Source: Minutocellus sp. GHC0000111 (taxonomy: Eukaryota). Taken from it: 64,000 nt of DNA. The stretch is taken from the NCBI GenBank assembly GCA_977018835.1, contig OZ361259.1, positions 682,001-746,000 on the forward strand. The letters are read 5' to 3'. The first letter of the stretch is position 1; the number at the start of each line of letters is the position of its first letter. A model generated the notes under the pieces. It ran no database searches. It saw only the letters and a program-made list of their open reading frames with translations, and was not told where the DNA came from. The translations under genes were made by a program, and so were the position numbers. Of the stretch, positions 11,581 through 19,795 are shown in pieces.

Positions 11581-11747
11581 TGACTTGCAGGGCATGCGTA
11601 CTGAGCTCGTTCATGTTGGAAGCAGAGCACAATCAGGGGATAGTGCACAGCAACAGACTGTCGATAGCATCTTGTTCAGGTACCGGTAAATAAAGATCTA
11701 GAGTAGATAAAGTCTATCCTCAAAGCTGATGGTTTGATATGTTAGAT

Positions 11748-14700
11748 CTACAAGCTATACTTGTCGTCTGAGCTGTCAATATCAGATCGACATACCTTCT
11801 CTCTTGGGATTTTGACTTGAGCCTTCTCTGTCGCTGAATTGGCGTCGCTTTTATCCTCTCGATTTTCTGCATTTTCTACAGCACTTGATTCTTGATGAGG
11901 AGCGCCAATCTCTTGCTCCTCATTACTATTGCCAGCTCTAGCATCATCGCCATCTTCATCCTCCTCCTCCTCCTCCTCCCATGCAAATTTTGTATCGGTG
12001 TATCCAGGATATTCTTTGCTTTGGAAAAGCTGCTGTAATGGGCGAAGGAGGAAGACCACCTGAGGCACACTGAACCCGTTCCCGATCAAGTGCCATCCGT
12101 AGTGGTAATCTTTCAGGCACACTTTTGTTCTCTGATTGATCTCTTGCAAAGCAAATGCAATCCTCCTTGGGTCATTGACTTCAAAGGAATCATCAATGGT
12201 GTGCGTAAACCCGCCTGGACCAAGACCGACAAAGCTCCAATACATGGGTGGAAGTACATCGCGCCATTCTCTCGCTTCGAACGCTTCAAGCCCAACTGTG
12301 GATGCTACCCGCAAGTTGGCAAATAAATCCTCAATGGGCTGCTCGACATACCCTACCGGCAAGCCCATCAATCTCTCCCGGTCATTGGTGTCAAAGAGTT
12401 GCCTATCGCCAACGTGAGAGGCAGGTCGATCCTCACAGGGATCGATCGCTGGGGCATCGTCTTTTATTCTATACTTGAATAGTGTCTTGTCCATGGTTCT
12501 GCCTTTACTAGCCAATAAAGTCATCACCTTTGCATCTATGCCCTTCTGAAGCATTGTCGGCATCATCCACCCATCATTGAAGCAGGTGGATCCTCCGGCT
12601 GGGTGCTCGTCGGCTGGAAACGAATCCGGCTGCCAATTGAAATAAATCACTCGATCCCTGTGACAAGGACCGAAGTTTGCAGCATCGCACCGATATTCGC
12701 TCACCTTGTAGTCCGCTGTGGCGTCTTGCGCACCCGGGACGTTTTCAACGAGAAAGAACAATTCATCAAAGGAATGAAACTCTCTGTTGTGCTTCTGTAC
12801 CAAAGATATCAGCGTAGGAAAAGCGCGCATGTATCTGCCGAGCATACCTTCTGCGCCCATGCGACGCGCATTCACTTTAGAATGGTCTTGACAGGGCGGC
12901 CCTCCGATAACTATGTCGATAGGTCCTTGTTCTCGTACAATGCTTTGGATGTTGGCCTCTAGCTCTTCGTACGTTTCATACAAGGAATAGACGTATTCAA
13001 CACCGTCATCCTGCGCAATTCCCAAGCCATAGGCTGGATCATGATTGTACCGATGCACAGCCAAGGCAGCTCGATCATGCTCCACAACAATGTTTCTTTT
13101 GACAGCGATTCCTAGCTTTTTGAGCGCCACTGCTGCACCTCCGATGCCTGCAAAAACTTCCAGAACAATCGCCTCGCGCTTGAGATTAGGATTTTCTCTT
13201 CTCGCTCTGCACAGCTGCTGGAATCTCTTATGCACAGCGACAGCTGTCTCGTCCGTCCATCTTTGGCTCTCTGGCGCTGCCAGAGCCAAATCGTTGTCAC
13301 TTCGTGACTCTCGTGCTATCGCCGACCTTTTCCTGCTATCGAGAACATTGGTCAAATGTCGTTGCATCTTTTTGTCCTCCTCAAGCCTCTTGCTGACAGC
13401 TTCAGGCTTCAAAGTTGCCGAAGTAGAAGCACAGCGTTCGAGAACAGCTTTATCCGTGCAGTCGTCGTCGGAGGCACCGCCACCAGCGGACGTTGTTTGT
13501 TTTAAGAATCGTTCTTGTACACGCCCAAGAGACGAAAGAAAGCTTTCCAGCTTGTCGTTATTGTCAAGACCATGGCAGCAACCGCGGTGGTATTTCGAGA
13601 CATTTTGACACTTGGCTAGCTTGGATGAATGTCCCCCGCACCGGCACAGGTAACAGCAGACGTCAATCTCTCCACACGACGAGGGCTCATCACTCGAAGT
13701 CTCAAAGATATTGTCCCTCTCCAGAGCATTTCGAAATGCAGTTACATCCTTCACCAGACCTTCCTTCTCCCAGGCCGGCAGAGAAGTATTATTGTTCAAA
13801 TATGCGAGAGCGGCCGATGGCGCAATGAATTCGTCTAGTCGAATCCACGATGAACTCAAGGGAGATGTGCTTGGTACAATCGCTGCACTTTCGATTTCCA
13901 TTGCAGCTGCCGCCGAGGACGAAGAGGTGGAATCGGAATCGCTATCTGCAATAGGACCAGCACCAGCTGCTGCAGCGGCGACGGCTGCCACGTCGACCTT
14001 TCTTCTCCACTCAACCAGAAATTTAAGAATGGGCCTGCTCTCTTCACCGCCTGACTGCACTATTCGGTGATCGACTACACGGGCCTCGAAGGTCCGTCCT
14101 CCCTCAACGTATTCACAATTCTCTCCAGCTCCGGCGGCGGCTAATTCGGCAGCATACTTCGCATCAGTTGATGTACAATTCGCGTTCGAGGCAGCTGCGC
14201 TGCTGACTTTCTCTTCGCCGGATATCCTATTTCGCTTTCGAGCAGGCGGCTTTGCATCATCTTCTGAATCATAAACGTAATCTTCATCATTGTCTTGATC
14301 ACTCTTATCACTCTCATAATCAGCATCTTCATCACCATCCCCTGCCTCGTATCCAGGCGCAAAATCTCCTTGAATGACAATGTTACCGACTGCATCCTCG
14401 GTCAAGTGCTCCTTGTCACCATCATCATACTTGACGTGGTAATAGTTGACGCCGGAAACGCCGTTGTGCAGTTCGCTGGCGTGCACCAACTCGTCGATGT
14501 TGCCGTTGAAGTATTCCCCCTCGCTGACAAAGTACTTGGTGACTCTTTGTCCGAGCCGATATCTGTGCCTGGGTTTCCCTGCAGCTTTCTTCTTTTCTGC
14601 CTTCTTGTTGTCGGTGCTAGGTTTCGCATCCCCCTGGGGAACAACTGTCGCGGCCGATAACTTTTCATTGTTATTGACGGGAGTGTTGGTGTCATCCTTT

Positions 14701-15068
14701 TGCTGCACATTGACATCGGCATGGCCGTCCCCACCACCGATGACATCGTCAACATGCCGCGAATAGAACGCCTGGAGCAACGACCCAAGCAGGTCCGATT
14801 CGTCCACCTCGCCCTTACCGAGATCATCTTTGCCATTATCGCCCAGCGTCCCGTCGTCCCACCTTCGTACCTGCGCCTCTGTCATGGTCTCTTCGTCTGT
14901 GTCCTCCGGATAGTAAATCGTGTACAACAATTCGTCCTCTTGGTTGCGACCAGTGTCCTCCTCCCCAGCAGGTTCCGACGTTCCGACTACATATCCGATA
15001 AAGTAACGCTTGTAATTCGGAAAATACTTCTTTATGCGCCTTCCGATGTCATAACTTGGTGACGCCAT
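11748..15068 (-). CDS. DNMT3: DNMT3-like C5-cytosine DNA methyltransferase with N-terminal Tudor-like x2, chromo-like and PHD/ADD-like modules
   Basis: Motif I VLEVFAGIGG, II VEHD, IV GPIDIVIGGPPCQD, VI LVENV, VIII HRDR, IX ERLMGLPVGY, X LIGNGFSVPQVVFLLRPLQQLF, in non-permuted order. Motifs IV, IX and X resemble DNMT3. Confidence 0.88.
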   Translation of the reverse strand: MASPSYDIGRRIKKYFPNYKRYFIGYVVGTSEPAGEEDTGRNQEDELLYTIYYPEDTDEETMTEAQVRRWDDGTLGDNGKDDLGKGEVDESDLLGSLLQAFYSRHVDDVIGGGDGHADVNVQQKDDTNTPVNNNEKLSAATVVPQGDAKPSTDNKKAEKKKAAGKPRHRYRLGQRVTKYFVSEGEYFNGNIDELVHASELHNGVSGVNYYHVKYDDGDKEHLTEDAVGNIVIQGDFAPGYEAGDGDEDADYESDKSDQDNDEDYVYDSEDDAKPPARKRNRISGEEKVSSAAASNANCTSTDAKYAAELAAAGAGENCEYVEGGRTFEARVVDHRIVQSGGEESRPILKFLVEWRRKVDVAAVAAAAAGAGPIADSDSDSTSSSSAAAAMEIESAAIVPSTSPLSSSWIRLDEFIAPSAALAYLNNNTSLPAWEKEGLVKDVTAFRNALERDNIFETSSDEPSSCGEIDVCCYLCRCGGHSSKLAKCQNVSKYHRGCCHGLDNNDKLESFLSSLGRVQERFLKQTTSAGGGASDDDCTDKAVLERCASTSATLKPEAVSKRLEEDKKMQRHLTNVLDSRKRSAIARESRSDNDLALAAPESQRWTDETAVAVHKRFQQLCRARRENPNLKREAIVLEVFAGIGGAAVALKKLGIAVKRNIVVEHDRAALAVHRYNHDPAYGLGIAQDDGVEYVYSLYETYEELEANIQSIVREQGPIDIVIGGPPCQDHSKVNARRMGAEGMLGRYMRAFPTLISLVQKHNREFHSFDELFFLVENVPGAQDATADYKVSEYRCDAANFGPCHRDRVIYFNWQPDSFPADEHPAGGSTCFNDGWMMPTMLQKGIDAKVMTLLASKGRTMDKTLFKYRIKDDAPAIDPCEDRPASHVGDRQLFDTNDRERLMGLPVGYVEQPIEDLFANLRVASTVGLEAFEAREWRDVLPPMYWSFVGLGPGGFTHTIDDSFEVNDPRRIAFALQEINQRTKVCLKDYHYGWHLIGNGFSVPQVVFLLRPLQQLFQSKEYPGYTDTKFAWEEEEEEDEDGDDARAGNSNEEQEIGAPHQESSAVENAENREDKSDANSATEKAQVKIPREKVCRSDIDSSDDKYSL

Positions 15069-15308
15069 GTTTGGTGGTGGTTGGGTTGGATGGCTGCAAA
15101 TAATAAATCATCACATGATCATGGTGGTGCCGGTGTCGGGTGGCGGGCCCGCCACCTGACCTGTGGACTGGCGACTTGATGCAAAACAGAAAGCGCAACT
15201 GGCCGAACTCCGATCTGAAGAGCTTGAACAGCCGAACATGGCATGACATGACACAAATCGAAGCGTACTGTGTAGCGTTGTTCCTCCTTACGGTGCAGTG
15301 TATGAAAC
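15069..15308. promoter_or_regulatory. Putative bidirectional promoter (240 bp) between DNMT3-like and cathepsin genes
   Basis: Divergent ATGs at 15068 (-) and 15309 (+); CA-rich leader before the DNMT ATG. Confidence 0.5.
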
Positions 15309-16643
15309 ATGAGATTCTTTGGCGCCGCTGCCGCCTCACTCGGCCTTCAAATTCTCGCCGCCGTAACCCCCCAAACTTCCGCCGCGACCCCACCCCGTTC
15401 GCACGAGCTGGATGCCACGTATGCGTTCGATCAGTTCGTGCTGGACTTTGACAAGCACTATGACACACTCGAAGAACGTGCCAAGAGGGAAAGCATCTTC
15501 AATGCCAACCTGAAAATGATTTTGAATCACAACGAGCGCTACTATTCGCACAAGGACCAGAATTATTTGAAGAAGGGCGAAGGTGCCATCGGTAGCGGCA
15601 AGCAGAATAACAAGCCAACGCATACGTTGGGTATCAATCACTTTGCCGATCTGGAGCAGCACGAGATTCACAAGGGCTACCACAAGCATTCTCACGAAGC
15701 TTACCGTTCGCCAGTTGAGTCTGCGACGAACACCGCCGTGGCTCGGACCCTCACGGCAACGAGTAAGAACCACCAGATGGACCTGCCCTTCCAGTTGGAT
15801 GACGTCGATTCGTTGCCCTATCAGGTCGATTGGAGGAAGGAGGGCGTCGTGACCCCCGTGAAAGATCAGGGCATGTGCGGCTCGTGCTGGGCCTTTGCCT
15901 CGGCCGCCATACTGGAATCGCACATTGCCATGCGCACAGGCACTCTTTTCGATCTCAGTTCCCAGGAACTGGTCGGCTGCGTCCCCAACCCCCATGCCTG
16001 TGGCGGTACCGGCGGATGCGCCGGAGCGACGGCGGAATTGGCCTTCCACTACGTAGCTGGATCGAAGCATGGCATTGTTCAAGAATATCAGAATGGCTAC
16101 TCTTCCTACTACGGCGAAGATGGTGATTGTAAAGATCCCAAGAGTCCTGTGGCCACCATCGATGGATATGCCGTTTGCCCTACCAACGACTACAAATGCT
16201 TGATGAATGCTGTTGCAAAGGTGGGGCCAGTCGGTGTGGCCGTTGCGGCATCGACATGGGGTTTCTACGAAGGAGGGGTCTTCTCGACCGACCTGTCCAA
16301 GGGTGGGACAGAGACCGACCTCAACCACGCAGTCGTTTTGGTCGGATATGGCGTCGATGAGCACACGCAGGAGCCCTACTGGTTGGTAAGGAATTCCTGG
16401 AGGCCAACGTGGGGCGAAAATGGATACATTCGTTTGAAGCGGGTCGATCCCAGCACTCTCGATGATCCAAATGAAGACTGTGGCGTCGACGAGACGCCCA
16501 TGGACGGGATGGCATGCGACACCGACGAGGATGGCAACAAGATTGAGCCCAAGCCAGTCAAGATTTGCGGCACGAGTGGTGTATTGTTTGATGCCGTAGG
16601 CAAGCCTGTGAGAGATACTAGACTAGTACTTTTATTGAGATAA
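15309..16643 (+). CDS. Papain-family (C1A) cathepsin L-like cysteine protease preproenzyme
   Basis: Hydrophobic signal peptide; I29 prodomain (ERAKRESIFNANLKMILNHN, GINHFADL); VDWRK; QGMCGSCWAF (Cys); LNHAV (His); RNSW (Asn); WGENGY. Confidence 0.95.
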   Translation: MRFFGAAAASLGLQILAAVTPQTSAATPPRSHELDATYAFDQFVLDFDKHYDTLEERAKRESIFNANLKMILNHNERYYSHKDQNYLKKGEGAIGSGKQNNKPTHTLGINHFADLEQHEIHKGYHKHSHEAYRSPVESATNTAVARTLTATSKNHQMDLPFQLDDVDSLPYQVDWRKEGVVTPVKDQGMCGSCWAFASAAILESHIAMRTGTLFDLSSQELVGCVPNPHACGGTGGCAGATAELAFHYVAGSKHGIVQEYQNGYSSYYGEDGDCKDPKSPVATIDGYAVCPTNDYKCLMNAVAKVGPVGVAVAASTWGFYEGGVFSTDLSKGGTETDLNHAVVLVGYGVDEHTQEPYWLVRNSWRPTWGENGYIRLKRVDPSTLDDPNEDCGVDETPMDGMACDTDEDGNKIEPKPVKICGTSGVLFDAVGKPVRDTRLVLLLR

Positions 16644-16700
16644 TTTAAGTATGCATACTAGTAGTATTTGTGCAGTATTGTGTGAGTTAATTTTTAAGTC

Positions 16701-17096
16701 TTAGTCATTTTCAGTTCCAACCAGACCTACGACGGAATTGATTATGTCTTCGCCATTCGGAGGGATATCAGTCGAAGCCATTTCCTCGACAAATGCACCA
16801 ATTTGATCGAAAAGATCGGTCGGTGGCACCAATTCGTTCGATGATAGCGGCCGGACTCTCATTTTGCTCACCATGGTGACTTGGCCAGAAGAGCCATCGT
16901 CCTCACTTGGATCGTATTCAGGTATTGCGCTCCCATCCTCCCAGAAACATCTGGTCTCATTGAGAGGTATGTCATCCTGCTGTCCTTGTTTTGGGAAATT
17001 GGATGGTGGTCGATATCCTCTCCGACACTGAGCGACAAGGACCGACCGGATGATTTTCTCCTTGCCATCCTTGCCCATGACGCATGCAAAGTGCAT
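16701..17096 (-). CDS. Orphan ORF, probably the 3' remnant of a gene truncated by the array edge
   Basis: 131 codons convergent with the cathepsin; its first ATG lies inside array sequence (array starts 17083); no recognisable domain. Confidence 0.4.
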   Translation of the reverse strand: MHFACVMGKDGKEKIIRSVLVAQCRRGYRPPSNFPKQGQQDDIPLNETRCFWEDGSAIPEYDPSEDDGSSGQVTMVSKMRVRPLSSNELVPPTDLFDQIGAFVEEMASTDIPPNGEDIINSVVGLVGTEND

Positions 17097-17161
17097 GTTT
17101 TACAAAAGATTTATGCTGACCTGTCAAATCACCTGCACCGTCAGCACACAGTGTTCATCGC

Positions 17162-18118
17162 ATGGCAACCATCTGTCACTCCCCTGAAGTGACACAGCAG
17201 AAGGCAGTGCCAGAGCAGACAGCCGGCATCCAACAGCCATCCCAGCAACTCTTGGTCTCTCAGTGCCATGAATGTGGTGTGGCACTAGTCATTCCAAAGA
17301 ATTGTCCAGCTTCTGCCGGAAATCTCAAGCCATCTGATCTTGACGGTCAAACGATCATTCCTTCTTCTCATAAGAAATTTATTCCCGTTTTCGATAAGCC
17401 CAAGTACTGCCCCTTTGGTCTCGGTTATCGCCGCTGCCCAGCTGAAATCTTCAACTACTTTTTTACTGGCAAACTGATGCAGAAGATTGGAGACTTCCTT
17501 GCACCTTCTCCTTACACCCCTGGATTTATTTTCACTACCTATAGCGTTCTTGCCTCCCTGGACACTCAAAATCCAAGTAATATTGCAGCCACGGTGGAGC
17601 AGGAATTCACTGAACTCCTTGATCCTCGGGGAGTTCTTCCATTCAGCCTCGATCCAGGCACAGGCCTTCCTGTCGTCAATCCCGCTTTTGACAAAGCTGT
17701 TCCGAAGGGCCTTACTCGTGGACCCAATAGCCAAATTGTTGTCCCCAGGAGCAAGCCCAAGTCCGGAGGTAGCAAGTCTTCTGGTGGCAGCAGCAGATCC
17801 AAGAGCACGTCCGGTGGCAGCAGCAGATCCAAGAGCACGTCCGGTGGCAGCAGCAGATCCAAGAGCACGTCCGGTGGCAGCAGCAGATCCAAGAGCAAGT
17901 CCAATTTTTTCACCCCCGTCCCTCCAACTCCGGCTCTGACAAAGGCTCCCTCGGCTACACCCTCCAAGACTTCCGATGTTCCGTCCACATCTCCGTCAGA
18001 ATCTTTGAGTATTCCTTCCACGTTGCCATCCGATGCTCCTTCGGCGATTCCCTCCGAATTTCCTTCAGACAGTCCTTCGGAGATGCCCTCCGAATTTCCT
18101 ACTGCTACTCGTAGGTAG
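17162..18118 (+). CDS. Array ORF copy 1 (318 aa): P450 heme-motif fragment + S/G/R/K repeats + Pro/Ser tail
   Basis: FGLGYRRCPA at 17414-17443; 4 repeats; private L>Q variant and one 36-bp repeat missing. Confidence 0.55.
   Translation: MATICHSPEVTQQKAVPEQTAGIQQPSQQLLVSQCHECGVALVIPKNCPASAGNLKPSDLDGQTIIPSSHKKFIPVFDKPKYCPFGLGYRRCPAEIFNYFFTGKLMQKIGDFLAPSPYTPGFIFTTYSVLASLDTQNPSNIAATVEQEFTELLDPRGVLPFSLDPGTGLPVVNPAFDKAVPKGLTRGPNSQIVVPRSKPKSGGSKSSGGSSRSKSTSGGSSRSKSTSGGSSRSKSTSGGSSRSKSKSNFFTPVPPTPALTKAPSATPSKTSDVPSTSPSESLSIPSTLPSDAPSAIPSEFPSDSPSEMPSEFPTATRR
17783..17897 (+). repeat. 30-bp coding minisatellite (GGSSRSKSTS), 2-6 copies per unit; unit 1 shown
   Basis: ggtggcagcagcagatccaagagcacgtcc repeated. 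Confidence 0.98.
18037..18100 (+). repeat. 36-bp coding repeat (PSAIPSEFPSDS / PSEMPSEFPSDS); unit 1 has one fewer copy than the others
   Basis: ccttcggcgattccctccgaatttccttcagacagt, period 36. Confidence 0.9.
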
Positions 18119-18445
18119 ACTAGCTAGTTTGTTCATAGTAATCTCTATTTCCAAGAAAAGTCACATCATCCAATTGACCTTAGGTCTACCAGTATTTTCC
18201 CCCCAAGATTGTGGTACTCTCTGGTGTTGAGGGTTCATAATTCAATCTTTGTGGCGCCACCATTTTTCTGGAAAGCAATTTTGGAGAGCTCTTGTGTGTG
18301 GGCATGGCTATGGTCGGTGTGGCCCCCATCCTCCCTCCATCTGGTTCCTTTGCCAGGCACCATTCTCATGCAAAGTGCATGTTTTACAAAAGATTTATGC
18401 TGACCTGTCAAATCACCTGCACCGTCAGCACACAGTGTTCATCGC

Positions 18446-19468
18446 ATGGCAACCATCTGTCACTCCCCTGAAGTGACACAGCAGAAGGCAGTGCCAGAGC
18501 AGACAGCCGGCATCCAACAGCCATCCCAGCAACTCTTGGTCTCTCAGTGCCATGAATGTGGTGTGGCACTAGTCATTCCAAAGAATTGTCCAGCTTCTGC
18601 CGGAAATCTCAAGCCATCTGATCTTGACGGTCAAACGATCATTCCTTCTTCTCATAAGAAATTTATTCCCGTTTTCGATAAGCCCAAGTACTGCCCCTTT
18701 GGTCTCGGTTATCGCCGCTGCCCAGCTGAAATCTTCAACTACTTTTTTACTGGCAAACTGATGCAGAAGATTGGAGACTTCCTTGCACCTTCTCCTTACA
18801 CCCCTGGATTTATTTTCACTACCTATAGCGTTCTTGCCTCCCTGGACACTCAAAATCCAAGTAATATTGCAGCCACGGTGGAGCAGGAATTCACTGAACT
18901 CCTTGATCCTCGGGGAGTTCTTCCATTCAGCCTCGATCCAGGCACAGGCCTTCCTGTCGTCAATCCCGCTTTTGACAAAGCTGTTCCGAAGGGCCTTACT
19001 CGTGGACCCAATAGCCTAATTGTTGTCCCCAGGAGCAAGCCCAAGTCCGGAGGTAGCAAGTCTTCTGGTGGCAGCAGCAGATCCAAGAGCACGTCCGGTG
19101 GCAGCAGCAGATCCAAGAGCACGTCCGGTGGCAGCAGCAGATCCAAGAGCACGTCCGGTGGCAGCAGCAGATCCAAGAGCACGTCCGGTGGCAGCAGCAG
19201 ATCCAAGAGCAAGTCCAATTTTTTCACCCCCGTCCCTCCAACTCCGGCTCTGACAAAGGCTCCCTCGGCTACACCCTCCAAGACTTCCGATGTTCCGTCC
19301 ACATCTCCGTCAGAATCTTTGAGTATTCCTTCCACGTTGCCATCCGATGCTCCTTCGGCGATTCCCTCCGAATTTCCTTCAGACAGTCCTTCGGAGATGC
19401 CCTCCGAATTTCCTTCAGACAGTCCTTCGGCGATTCCCTCCGAATTTCCTACTGCTACTCGTAGGTAG
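18446..19468 (+). CDS. Array ORF copy 2 (340 aa)
   Basis: Intact; 5 repeats. Confidence 0.55.
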   Translation: MATICHSPEVTQQKAVPEQTAGIQQPSQQLLVSQCHECGVALVIPKNCPASAGNLKPSDLDGQTIIPSSHKKFIPVFDKPKYCPFGLGYRRCPAEIFNYFFTGKLMQKIGDFLAPSPYTPGFIFTTYSVLASLDTQNPSNIAATVEQEFTELLDPRGVLPFSLDPGTGLPVVNPAFDKAVPKGLTRGPNSLIVVPRSKPKSGGSKSSGGSSRSKSTSGGSSRSKSTSGGSSRSKSTSGGSSRSKSTSGGSSRSKSKSNFFTPVPPTPALTKAPSATPSKTSDVPSTSPSESLSIPSTLPSDAPSAIPSEFPSDSPSEMPSEFPSDSPSAIPSEFPTATRR

Positions 19469-19795
19469 ACTAGCTAGTTTGTTCATAGTAATCTCTATTT
19501 CCAAGAAAAGTCACATCATCCAATTGACCTTAGGTCTACCAGTATTTTCCCCCCAAGATTGTGGTACTCTCTGGTGTTGAGGGTTCATAATTCAATCTTT
19601 GTGGCGCCACCATTTTTCTGGAAAGCAATTTTGGAGAGCTCTTGTGTGTGGGCATGGCTATGGTCGGTGTGGCCCCCATCCTCCCTCCATCTGGTTCCTT
19701 TGCCAGGCACCATTCTCATGCAAAGTGCATGTTTTACAAAAGATTTATGCTGACCTGTCAAATCACCTGCACCGTCAGCACACAGTGTTCATCGC

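Noticed and set aside
15336..16364. 342-aa antisense ORF
   Set aside because: It is a shadow of the cathepsin gene.
17261..17281. CHEC (CxxC) in the array ORF as a zinc finger
   Set aside because: It has no clear partner pair and lies in the TG/CA-rich segment, where Cys/His codons arise readily by chance.
17783..17897. 30-bp direct repeats as a CRISPR array
   Set aside because: The repeats are contiguous with no unique spacers, are in-frame coding, have no cas genes nearby, and sit in a eukaryotic context.
17566..18021. Antisense ORFs (LLDLLLPPDV)n and alternative-frame (AAADPRARPV)n in every unit
   Set aside because: These are shadows of the stop-free 30-bp repeat with no independent coding evidence.
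18104..18130. CTAG after a short CTAC/GTAG stem as a Helitron 3' end (rolling-circle array)
   Set aside because: The stem is only about 4 bp and does not match the unit boundary. TAGCTAG-type motifs also follow other genes in the window (near 1180, 8545, 16620), and no Rep/helicase is present.
18209..18403. Spacer ORF (KAILESSC..WPP..PGTILM) as a decayed P450 K-helix exon
   Set aside because: There is no intact ExxR, the spacing to PP and PGT is wrong, the start is non-ATG, and the ORF crosses the unit junction.
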